DNA from: Balanoglossus misakiensis
Taxonomy: Eukaryota; Animalia; Hemichordata
Direction of reading: 5' to 3'
Assembly (NCBI GenBank): GCA_040954595.2
Contig: CM082578.2
Location: forward strand, 6,743,519 to 6,807,518
DNA length: 64,000 bases
The notes under the pieces are model-generated. The model had not been told where the DNA came from. It worked only from the letters and a program-made list of their open reading frames with translations, and did no database searches. The translations under genes and the position numbers were made by a program. Positions 12,017-34,405 of this stretch are shown piece by piece; positions within the stretch are counted from its first letter, which is position 1; each line of letters starts with the position of its first letter.

Positions 12017-13475
12017 TGACAACTCTAAATTGTTTTATAGGTGATATATGGACACAATGTCATTACTGACAAAACAAACCATCCAGAGTTTTTGTCAAGG
12101 ATTGATTGACTGAAACAATGAGATCATCTATCTATGGAACTTACTCGAGTCCTTCTGCCCCTTCAGCATGTGCATCTGTTGCTTGTGACAGAGCTGTTGG
12201 GTCTTCGACAGTATTATCCGTGCCTTCCATCTATAAGCTGCAGAAAATAATTGGATACAGCCAACACACATGAAAAAGACATTCACCACCAGAAAAAAAG
12301 GACGACCACAACAGCCATACATTCATGGAGCTACAGATCTAGCTAGGCTGCAAGATTTGTGCTATTAATTTGGCAAGCACCAGGCCCTGTCCATAAGACC
12401 ATGGACGTCCATTATAAGACCAACAGGGGAGGTCCTTGTCTTGATAGAATGATAGTGTTAAAGGGGAAGTTCAGTCGGGCTGCTTTTTATGTGTGTGCTA
12501 GTTATGGGTTCAGTTATTCGGAAAAAGCCATTTTCACCATGTATAACTCAGGCAAATAGTTTTTAATACACACAGACAAAAATAGTGGTACTGAAGCTGC
12601 ATTCTAGGGCTTCACAACTTACTGCATATTGAAACATGGGGGAGGGGAAGTGCCTAACTTGATGCTTGTGAGAATGTAAAATATAACATTTTCTTGGTAT
12701 TAGCAAAAGAACATCTGTGCAATGAATATTAAATGAAAATAATAAAGCAAATTAATAAAAAAAAGTCAATTTCATTAGACTATTTATTAACCAAACCATC
12801 GTTTTCGATCTATTAATTTAAAAACTTTCCCCTGATATGATAACTGATGAATGGGGATTCACGCATTTCCACACAGACACATACACAAAGTATTGACAAT
12901 AAATCTACTGTCATGTTATTCTTATGGGTTATTATTTTTCAATGTGCTATGCATTGCCTCACTTCATTCTGAAGTCACATTCAAGCTTGCTGAAACAAGT
13001 AATTGAAATATTGGCATGCGAAAGAAAAAAATATTGATAATTTCCTGGCCTCTTACATGCATTTGCCAGCTTTACTTTCACTTTCATAAAAAATAAAATA
13101 CTCCAGTCCATTGTGGAAATGTTTCATGCATGTCATGTGGCCAACTGTTTATACATGTAGTACGTCTTGCAATACTAGTGATCGATCGATCTCTTCGCCT
13201 TCATTCCTCCTTTCCCCAAAGAATCGTTGTGATGAAAAGATAGTTTATGGTAAAATTCAACAGTCTGAAAACGCTTGTGATCAACACTAGCCCCTGCATC
13301 CTGCGTCAGTTTCCGATGGTACACGTACATTGTAAGGCGACGGAACGGGTAAATGCTTGTCAACAATGAGCAACACTGGCCAAGAACAAAAGTGATGCGA
13401 GACGCGGGAGGAGCACTTTGCATCGCCCCAGCCTCCGCCGCAAAATCTTTAAATTTGGAGCTCAAAAGAACTCAC

Positions 13476-14335
13476 CGTAACTATTGGAGAAGAATGACAA
13501 GGCCTTGATGACTGTTGATCTACAAGTTGGTTGGCTGGATTGGGTATTTTAACAAGACAAACTGTCAGCCAGTAAGCAGCAAGTATGACACCATTGAAGA
13601 ACGCTAATGGCTGGCTGTGAAGGTGGGAAACAAAAGCCATCAGATTTGCCATTACTGCTACTGATACGCTTCCCCGTCAAAAACAGACAGGCGAACGAAC
13701 GGACATGAACGTCTATGAAGAAAATTCGCCCACTTTTATTTACCACATTGAGGAGTGAAAGCCCATTTCATTGCCAATTTATACATGAGAGATAGCCGAA
13801 GAAGACCAACAGGATACAGTTGAAGATTTTCCGGACAGGTGTCCTTTATAGTAAAACTAGTAATCTTCTAAATCATTTTATGGAGAAAGTTTAGGTGATC
13901 CAGAGCACTCATGAATTGGGGGAGTGAATCGTGTGAATGGAACTGCCAAAGCCTCCCAACTCGATCGGAATGTTCGATTTGGCACGGCAGAAATACTCAA
14001 TCAATGGTACAGAAAGCGCTCATCCAGACAAATGTGTGAATTTTTACGTTTAAAGAAGAAATAATGTATCGAACAGTGACGTAGTCCGGTTGATACAACA
14101 TCCATTCAAAACCTTTCAGAAATACAAAAACTTTCCCATCGATCGCGAACGCGTCATGCACTTTGACCTCAGACATGTTTTGACCTGGTCGCCAGAGGGC
14201 GGTAATATTTCCGGGTTGGTCGCCATCTTCCGATGAAATTGTTAGACTTTGTACCACAGAAGCGAAACTTGACCGAGTGATTGTTTCCCCCCTTTCGTCC
14301 AGGTTGTGAGCGATCGCGGAAGAAGTTGAGCAATT
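13476..14335. promoter_or_regulatory. CpG-rich bidirectional promoter region between NFYB (-) and UBL4A (+)
   Basis: Local CpG enrichment in otherwise CpG-poor DNA. CTCF-like TGGTCGCCAGAGGGCGGTA at 14186-14204, ETS-like TTCCGG, YY1-like CGCCATCTT at 14221-14229. A minus-strand donor ACG|GTGAGT at 13476/13475 marks a likely NFYB 5'UTR exon. Confidence 0.6.
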
Positions 14336-16156
14336 ATGTTAATAACGGTGAAGATACTCCAAGCCCAAGGAAAAGAATGTAGTATAGAGGTTTGTTGAAA
14401 CGAGATTCCGTACACGTATCCGTATTTCAATTTGTTCCACAACTTACGTACGACCTTACTTTCTTTATGGTCGAAAGTTGCCCCTAATCCTAGATATCTG
14501 GGCTTGCAGGGAAGATTGTTTCCCTTCAACTTCACATTCTAGTCGAATTTTCGAGCTCCTAGGTTTCATACAAAGTACTTTATGTTTAACATATCCAGTC
14601 GCCAGATCAATTTCTTCTATCGAATGATGATGATTACCTGTAATGATACATGGGCATGCAGTGACTAGTGTTACTAGTACATTCTAGTGCAGTGTGCAAG
14701 CTTTGTCCATAATATCATGTAGTCTCTGTAAAACGGAGCTGATTACTTAAGGAAATTGAATCAAATCCTGTTCACAAAGTTTCATTCAGTCATATGGCGA
14801 ACGAGCTATAAAAAATAGGTTAGCTTATTCGTTGGCCTTTTATTTGACATAAAATTAACCAGCTGTAGCTGAATTCCGACGGATCCTCTGCAACTGGTAA
14901 CCAAAGTGTTAACGTTTTTGTTGCATACACTTTATCTTGATGGTACGAAACAGTTTTTAAACAATTGTTTGTTATACATTGTACTGCTAATAGTCTGTTG
15001 TCACTTAGGTCACATCTTCACATTAACAAGGATACAATGAGGGGAACGTAACAATTAATTTCTAAATTGATGAAAATTAGACACCACAAATTCCTGGATA
15101 GAGAACAATGCTATAACTTCAACTTTTTCCACTGCAATCTTGCAGGTTACAGCAACAGATTCAATTTCGGCAGTCAAAGAACTAATATCAAGAGAATTAG
15201 ATGTTCCCGTAGATCAACAGAGATTAGTATTCAGAGGGAAAACGTTATCAGGTGAGTGTACTGACGACAAAGATTTGCAGTGTTACTGTCAGATCGCCGT
15301 CGTAATCTTGAAATCTGAATTAAATTTTAATCCGGACTTGAAATCAGTTTTTAACAATAAGACGGCTGTCTGCACAAACCACAGGGTGCATTGACAAACC
15401 AAATGCAGTTACCACTAAATGCCTCGTAACTATAGTCACATGTTTTCTCTCTTTTTGGAAAAAAAGATGGGCAAAGTCTCGGGGACTACAACATTGGACC
15501 CGGCACAAAACTTCACTTGGTCGTCAAGAGAACTCAGGATGAAAAGTCGGGAAGTTTTCAGAAATTGCCACCACAGACAACTGCGCTGTGGGATCAGCTG
15601 AGGCCAGTTCTTAGTAAACATTTCAAAACAGAAGATGTTGACAAAGTTATACACCATTTTCAAAAGGTACGGGCCGGTTTTGCAAAGTTTTGTACACATT
15701 TTTGGTCATTTCTTTGCTGTAGAAATGTCATTGTCTAATATCATCTTCCAAAAAAAAGTTTTTTTAAATTCATTAAAAATATAGAACAACAGTTACTATA
15801 CTCAACCTACTATTTCAAGGAGAAACTGTCAACCTACTATTTCAAGGAGAAACTGTCCACCCCTATTTCCATGTATAGAAGTCCGGCACTGCCATTGAGA
15901 AACATGGAGGTGGACCAAACCATGGTGGTGACAGGGTCAAGCTTGATGTACCAGCCTCAGAGTGTTAAACATTCAGAAAACTTCTGCGCTATATATTCTA
16001 GTTTTAAACTTCTATTTTAATTTTTGCTTTTTTCTCCCCCGACAGGAGTTTGAGTCGAGCATTTCAAATTTAAGCCTGGATGATTTAGAAAGGATCGCCA
16101 TCTATAACCTTGAGAGAAGGCAGCAAGGCCATGATTCTGCATCAAGTAGCAGCTAG
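14336..16156 (+). CDS. UBL4A: Ubiquitin-like protein 4A (Get5/BAG6-complex subunit)
   Basis: Exons 14336-14389, 15146-15251, 15467-15666 and 16046-16156 join in frame (471 nt, 156 aa). N-terminal UBL domain MLITVKILQAQGKECSIEVTATDSISAVKELISRELDVPVDQQRLVFRGKTLSDGQSLGDYNIGPGTKLHLVVKR, plus C-terminal LSLDDLERIA motif typical of UBL4A. Confidence 0.9.
15855..15940. mobile_element. Family A MITE, degenerate copy 4
   Basis: ...gtccggcactgccattgagaaacatggaggtggaccaaaccatggtggtgacagggtcaa; preceded by a 28-bp direct duplication (caacctactatttcaaggagaaactgtc x2). Confidence 0.5.
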
Positions 16157-17019
16157 TCAACAGAAAACCTTACAGACATTTCTGAGGAAACCCACAAGGA
16201 TTCTACAGAGACTTTCAATCTGCAGGGATTCTATCTATAGAAGTCCTACAGAGAGACCCTATAAACCCACCAGGGGATCGATCATATTGCAACAATGCCT
16301 TACTATATGCAAGGAATGGACAGACTCTTGTTGTTTGAGTGGGACCTGCACGTCATAAACCTGTGGGATTCCCCTTGTAATAGTAAACGGCCTCAACACA
16401 CCATATTCTCTGTCGTCATAAGCAACGAAGCACTCTCGGTTCAGAATACAATAAAGTGTGCACAAGGGTGCGTCTGCAGCATTGTTTAAATTCATACCGG
16501 CTGTCGGCCAACCTTTAATACTTAATGATTTACCAGCGTTTTCATGCTATGCCACGATCTCTGCGCTCCAGTTTGTAAATACATCAAACAGTGGGAGTGC
16601 CAACTACGCAGAATTAACGTCTACACAGACTTGCACAACACACCTACAAGGACCCTTTAGAGGGCAAATCGGTGGTGGGTGCTTCAGTCGCAGTTTGCTG
16701 TTTTTTAATTTCTCCTGAGAGAGTATTGATGTTTCCTAAATGAAGTTTGATATAAATAAACAACTGCACAATTCATATCCAGGCCACATTAGAAATCATT
16801 GTAAGAGGTTCGGCTATCAAACTGGTGCAGATTGGCTACAAATTCGGGACACCGCAGTCGTCTACTGACCAGTCAACTTAAACTTGATGACAACCTCAGA
16901 CATTACAGAGAGAGTCATGGGTCACAGTTTTCACACCTAGTCCTGCTTATTGTTACAGCTTTGCTTGCCAAAATATACCTTTGTACATGCACGTACAGAG
17001 CAAATAGATCCAGGCTGCT

Positions 17020-17115
17020 TTAACCCTTTCACCCTCAGTTCCTGCCTCTTCAGAGGTCCAACTTTACCATAGGAAACAGTGGGTTTGGACTGAACCATGG
17101 TGGTGAGAGGGTTAA
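17020..17115. mobile_element. Family A MITE, copy 5
   Basis: ttaaccctttcacc...agaggtccaactttaccataggaaacagtgggtttggactgaaccatggtggtgagagggttaa, with TTAA intact at both ends. Confidence 0.75.
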
Positions 17116-19960
17116 CCCAATCTTTGAAATCTCTTGCGTGATTCCAGTGACAACCAGATTCAAATCACTTGAAAATACTTGTGGTTGATTGCCAAGTGCA
17201 GTAATACAGATAGAATGTGCAAAATGCCAGAGAGAAGGAAAAATTGCTGTGGTCCAGAGTTGCAAATTAACGAATGAGGTATGGGAAAAAATTTCAGCTG
17301 TTTTTTTAAAACATAGATGGTGCAACCAGCCTCAGAAATAGGTCATGTGATAGTTACATTTTAACAGTTGCTTGTGTTGCACAGAAGAGGAAACACGTTT
17401 CAAAGCAATCGATTTTCTACAATGTGTTAATGTCAAGTTATACAGAGTTGTGTTTTGTTGCTAAGGTGGTTGTGTAATTTGTTTTTATTTCAAAGATATG
17501 TTGCCTATTAAAGACAATATGGAAACTCGTACATGTAAATTTCATATGCTCAGCAGCTCCAACAAATTTTGCCATTTTTGTGTTTCTTTTATGATTTGAA
17601 ATAAATATTGATTTTTCATTTTAAAATCATTTCCAAAATAGTGTAGATTCTTCAGTGGATGTAACTGTAAATGTTCATTGTGAGTGAAATGAACTCGCAC
17701 AGAGGTTGGGAAATAACTTTCCAGTTAGGGGCGGTGCATGGCTGTAACTTTGTTATGTTTCCAGGCTGTGTATCCACTGCAGTTTCTTGTTCTACTCCCT
17801 TCGTCCCATCATTGTTCATCACAGCCTATATATATGTAGGACCACAAATGCTATTGTTGTCGATTTAATTTTGGTCTGGACTAAAGTTTGAATGTGAACA
17901 ATAACTCCTGTGTACACATTCTCTAACAAGCTTAATACTTGGGAATAAACAATATTTCACAAACCAAAACTTAAAATCATCTAGGGTTACAGTTTACTCA
18001 GTCTCTTAAATTGACAAAATAAATCTACCTGGTTTATTTTGAAGGACATGATACCAAACTTATCAACTTTATCTATCCATCAAGTCTTTTTTTTCCTCTT
18101 GTACATGGTGTACACGCACTGATAGTTTTCAACTTTCTGAAACTCTACTTCAGTTGAGGTTTCATATCGTTTCTGATGCATCGTGTAGTCATAAAATAAC
18201 CAAATCATACAAGGTGGATTCCCTGCCTTCAAAATTAAAAGCGATTTTTCATAAAGAGGGAGGGAGGGGGGGTTTTGTAAAAGTAGCTGTACATTTACAC
18301 ATTGTGAATAATAATAAATTTTTGAGCTTTCACTATCAAACAAGTTTGTTCTCTATGTTCAACCCTTTCACCCCAATAAAGGTCGAGTTTAGGAAAGCCC
18401 CCGGACTGGCTGCTATAGACAAGTTTGGCTGTGCCATTAATAATGCTAGCTGACATATAGCACACCTAACAATCTGTGCTCAAGGCAATTCACACATACT
18501 TGTACCAAGTTCCAGTCTGTCGGTATCCGAGAATCAGTACAGTCAACACACAAAAATGGACAAAACGCACAAAAAGTTTCCTGTCAATAGTGCAATTGTT
18601 TATTCTATCAATGCAAAATTCAACACACAACAAGTTTCAAAGAATGGTCGTCCCTGCACATGTAGACCGAGAAACCCCAACACCTGAGACTGGAGGAGCA
18701 CAGTGAGCGACGGGGTTCCCAGTCTAATGCACATGAAGGCTGAATAATTTTATTTGCTGTGCGTAATAGATGCGTGAAAAAACAAGGACCTTGAGGGGTC
18801 TGGTGGATTTGGAAATGGGCAGTTTTCTACAGCTGCCGGTATTACCATACAATTCCTTATTGAAGCCCAAATCCAAATAAATTCCACCACCCTGACTTCG
18901 AGGACCTTGTTGTAGAAACAATTTTTGCAACTTGAGATTTCCAAAAATTGCCCTCTCAAATTTCCTATGCTTGCCTACAATGGAATATACTAAGTAAGTG
19001 AATACTGACAAAGGTGTGCTAATAGGATTTCTTACTGAAACCACTCACTGTTTCTCATAGGAATTCTATAGTATTTCTGTGTGCATGCATAAACGCACTG
19101 CTACTGGAATACTGTAGCCAGGGGGCCTCAAAACCTGTTATTATTTATATTATACTCTTCACAGTCAATATCAGGCTAATAACGGGTAAAGAACAAATTA
19201 TGATGTTAAAAAGGGTGAAAACAATTTATGGTACACTTAGGCTTATGAGGAAAAGTAAGAGACCATATTCTGAAAATACGCATCAACAAACCTTGATGAA
19301 AGTTGCCTTTTCTAGTGATGGTATTTTCGACAAAGATAAGTTGTCATAAGAAACACCCGATATGAAATAATATGACAAAATATAACTTTTCTAAACTGCC
19401 TATTGTTGAAAAAGTATTCTACTATCAGTAAAGTAGGTGAAGTATGTTGGGGCTCAACAACAGCTGTCATGTCATGATAAAATGTTTCAAATTGAGGAAT
19501 GGCCGATGTACCGTCCCTCCGGATGATCATGAAAATGACAACTGCTCTCGGTGTTTTTTTTAAAGCAGACACTCAGGTCTCTTTGGGGAATTATATGGGC
19601 ACTGTTGCCCAATTTTAAATAAAATATACTGAATTTGCATGTCACTGGAGATAAATGGAACAAGTGATGGGAAACACGCATTTTTTTTACAGACAGTGCC
19701 TGTAGAATTTTCCCTCAGTAAACTACATTCGAGGGTGTTTATTTTTGTCAGCAGATATTCTGAAAGTTTCGTAGACAAAGGCTCCATTTTATTACCAAAC
19801 TTCCAGCATGACATGTAAGAATAAGTTCTCACTATATACTGTTAACATAAATGCGAATAAACCCATGCTATCCTATCCCTACGTTAAGACGAGATAATCT
19901 CAGCACCAAATTAACAACGTTCATTTATCTCCAGCAACACACAAACTACACGCGAACTGA

Positions 19961-20031
19961 TCTGTGGAGTTATCAAGTCCCCACCCACTCAACAGCGGAG
20001 TTTTCAGTGGAAACCGTCATTCTTACACATT
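19961..20031 (-). promoter_or_regulatory. SECIS element (type II) in the TXNRD/TGR 3'UTR
   Basis: Minus strand reads UGUG-uaaga-AUGA-c-GGUUUCCACU-g-AAA-ACUC-cgcuguu-GAGU-g-GGUGGGACU-UGAU-aacuc-CACA. It has the AUGA/UGA core, a ~10-bp helix II with one bulge, unpaired AAA, an apical mini-stem and a short helix I, and lies ~530 nt after the Sec codon. Confidence 0.82.
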
Positions 20032-20551
20032 CCGTGTACTCAGACATCACAGTTCTCATCCTCGTCAATTCTCTCCCTGCTGTTGACTACCCAGAAATCA
20101 CACCGTCTCTCTGTCTCCATATTGGCTACTGCAGTCTCTTTGGACATGACGCGAACGACAGGCAACATCACAATGAGTTCACACATTGTCAAAAAAAAAA
20201 TGTTTATATTTTGAATTCGCACATTGTCAATTTTGTTTTTATATTTGTATTTTCATGATTGGGTAAAACAAATGTATCTCAAAACTAGATTTAACACAAT
20301 GTAATGATCAATTCATGCTGTTTAAGTTTACTGTGGTTATTGCTTCTCTGCGATGCTGCCTGGACTTAGTCCTATTCAAAACCTCCACTCATAGGAAGTT
20401 GTGTGCCACATTCAAATTGTGAAATCTATTACAGCGCACATGTCTATTGATATAGACGACTGCAGCAAGCAATGATTTTTTATGTGTGTGTGCAAGGTAT
20501 CTTTTTCTAGAGACAAGACATCAGTTTTCTGGGTAGTGAACTAGCAGGGAG

Positions 20552-31543
<10,992 letters not shown>

Positions 31544-31695
31544 GTTGGACGGTTTCTTCAACCCCGGAGGGGAATTTCCGGGAGAGAGTTGTCGCTTTAT
31601 GTTGGCGATTTAGTGAATCTAGTTATATAATATAGAACAAATGCTTTTAAATGAATCAATACTGATGAGCGAGAGTCTCTTCAGTTCCAGCCACG

Positions 31696-31706
31696 ATGAC
31701 TAAGCA
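31696..31706 (+). promoter_or_regulatory. Antioxidant response element (Nrf2/CNC-sMaf site) upstream of TXNRD
   Basis: ATGACTAAGCA followed by AAA fits RTGAYNNNGCA with the AT-rich flank; ~150 bp upstream of the TXNRD ATG, next to a TATA-like tract at ~31622-31634. Confidence 0.6.
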
Positions 31707-32925
31707 AAACCCGGCTGAGCAAAGCTGACAAGATATTTCACCCTGGCCCTGCGTCTGTCACATGGCCTGTCCATGCACACGTGAGTGATGTAATATATGG
31801 CCCCTGCGTCATATCACTCCCATACCCAATCAACAGAGATTTCCCATCATCCACCATGGAGCTACCTTCGGGCATTGATTCCCAGTGCCAAGCGCAAAGC
31901 ATGTCGGTTGTTTTTCTCCACCAGAAAGTTCAAGGTAAAATCAGCATGAGTCGGGAGATTTCCACTCGGGGGGTGGGTCAATTCGAGCGGGTATTTTGAA
32001 TCAAATAGGCAGGCGCACATATAGTAAGGTCCGATATCTATAATGACATCATTCTATCTTTTTTAAAGTTCTAAAAACTACATAAAGCGGAATAGATGGT
32101 ATGTAGTACTAGACACAGTCCCTCGTGGGGGCTGGGGCTGTGATGTCTGCAATAGATGCGAATCAGAAATTTATTTAGGCCTACCATTTGATATCAAGGA
32201 GATTGGGGATTTTCAAGAGAGAAAAAAATCTTGCCAGCCAACTTTAGATGAAAAGTTGGTCTCTCCAAAACTTTAATATTGCTGGGAATGTGATGCATTC
32301 CACTGGCTGACATGCATGCTCTTCAAGCCTGCATGCTCTTTAGCTTCACGGACTGCTGCCACCAACGGCAGCATTTACAAATTTTATAATTTTCCTTTCT
32401 GACTCAGTGTCGCCGCGCGCGCCCAGAGCACGCGCCTCTGGCTGCCGCGGCGCAAACCAAAGCAGTTTCATAAAAATGACTCCAGCGCTTAAAATTTGTG
32501 ATGTAAACGCAGAAACCAAAATTATATTCACAATTTCAATGGGAAAATATTTCGTTTCACGTAATTCGAATTCGTTAACGTTACTGTTGCTTGTTCAAAC
32601 GACGACTCGCTGTGCGCGCGCTCGTCGAAGAATACCGTAGCAGTAACGGAACTGTGTAGGCTACAGTTTTGAATTTTATTCCACTGTGGGTAATATTTGC
32701 AAGATAATACAGATCTGCAAGTCTGTGGTGATTTTTTTGCCGCTCGGTTATTAACTTTTATTTGTAACCTACTCAAAACAGTAATGAGAGCGTATATATA
32801 AAACTCTGACAGATGGACCACGTGACGCTTTGAAAGCACTATTCGAAAGTTGCACCAGCGCTGTTTCTTCTGTCTGAGCGGGATCTCGGTTAGACAGTGT
32901 GCTTCACAACGCCCCAACGGCCAAA

Positions 32926-34405
32926 ATGAAACACAACAATTGGTTTTCAGTCGCAAGCAGACTTCAATTGCTCTTTCTAATTGCCGTGTGTGTATACGTC
33001 TTGCTACATTGTAGTAGGCCTATTCTGCAGAGGAGGATGACACATCTCTTGCAGCGAGGTGAGATGATTGTGATTGTGTGCATCGTATGGGTCTATCTGT
33101 CATCAAAATGTAAATTTAATCGTAAGCTTATGTGTTGCACAATATTGGAACAATTAATCCAAATTATACGATGTGTCTTTGCAGGGAAACACAAAAGTGG
33201 CAGAACTGAACCAGGCCAGTCTCCAAGAGGAGCCACGTGTCCACATCAGGGGCAAGACAGGAACGTTTCTGAAGAGACGGTAACTCACATCTTGTTGAAC
33301 TTTGTTGAACATCACAAACTTCCATGAGATTGATCTGTCAGTCATACTCAACGTGAATGCATATCGTACTCTGGATTGTCGGTTTTGTGTCATTCCATAT
33401 ACATTGTCCAATATTTACTGTTCAACCTGAAGTGACAACTATATATATATTTAGCTTTTCTGTCTCTCCACGTAGGATGTGAAAGAACTGAGACACCAAC
33501 TTGTTGCCGAAAGTTACACGATTATGCGAAATTCCACAGCATTGGACGGTTATGACGCAATCACAACTCAGCAAAAACGACAGGATTTGATGAGGAAGGT
33601 ATGTGATCAGAGAAACGACAACTCCATCACGCGGGATGACGAGCAGTACGCCAATGTATTCGTTGTCGACGAATACAAATTCATGTATTGCGCCGTCCGG
33701 AAAGTGGCGTCGATGACATGGAGTCACGTGATCGACGACTTGAGGCAACACGCGGCGGGGAGAGGCGCAGAAGTGAAGAAGAGGCTTCTGTCTTCTTACA
33801 CGGACGAAGAGATCGCGCAGAGACTGAAAAGCTACAAGAAGTTTATGTTCGTTCGCGAACCACTGCAGAGGGTTTTCTCCGCTTGGAACGACAAGTTCAG
33901 AAACACCCACGCGTTGATGAAGTCTGAGTTTGAACGCTTGATAGGCCCGCACATAATCGGGAATGTAAGACCCCGGGACGACAACGTTCCGACCGACACC
34001 GAAAGACTACCGCCGCCAGCGGCGGGGTCCAATCTGAACCTGACATTCGTCGAATTTGTGAGATATCTGACGGATGTTGTCACCGACATTGAGCAAGAAG
34101 ACATGCACTGGAATCCGTACCACCACAGGTGTCACCCATGTCACGTCCGGTACGATTTCATCGGCCATTACGAGACTCTAAAAGCGGACGCAGACGAACT
34201 TCTGCGGGAGCTGTGCATCGCCCACCTTGTGAAGTTTCCGTCGAGTCAGTCGGCGTCCTCCCCGCTGGCTGCCCAGTACTTTTCCGGGATAGACGACCAG
34301 ACCGTGTACCGCTTGGGAGAATTATACCGACAAGACTACGAAATGTTCGGTTACTCTATCAAAGATTCCATCGATCTATTAAAATATACAGATCTGAAAA
34401 ACTAG
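32926..34405 (+). CDS. Carbohydrate sulfotransferase, CHST11/CHST13-like (Sulfotransfer_2 family, type II Golgi membrane protein)
   Basis: Exons 32926-33058, 33185-33279 and 33476-34405 join in frame (1158 nt, 385 aa). N-terminal TM anchor LQLLFLIAVCVYVLL, 5'-PSB YCAVRKVASMTW, 3'-PB KFMFVREPLQRVFSAWNDKF, HW...CHPCHVRYDFIGHYETLKADA, LYRQDYEMFGY. Confidence 0.9.
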
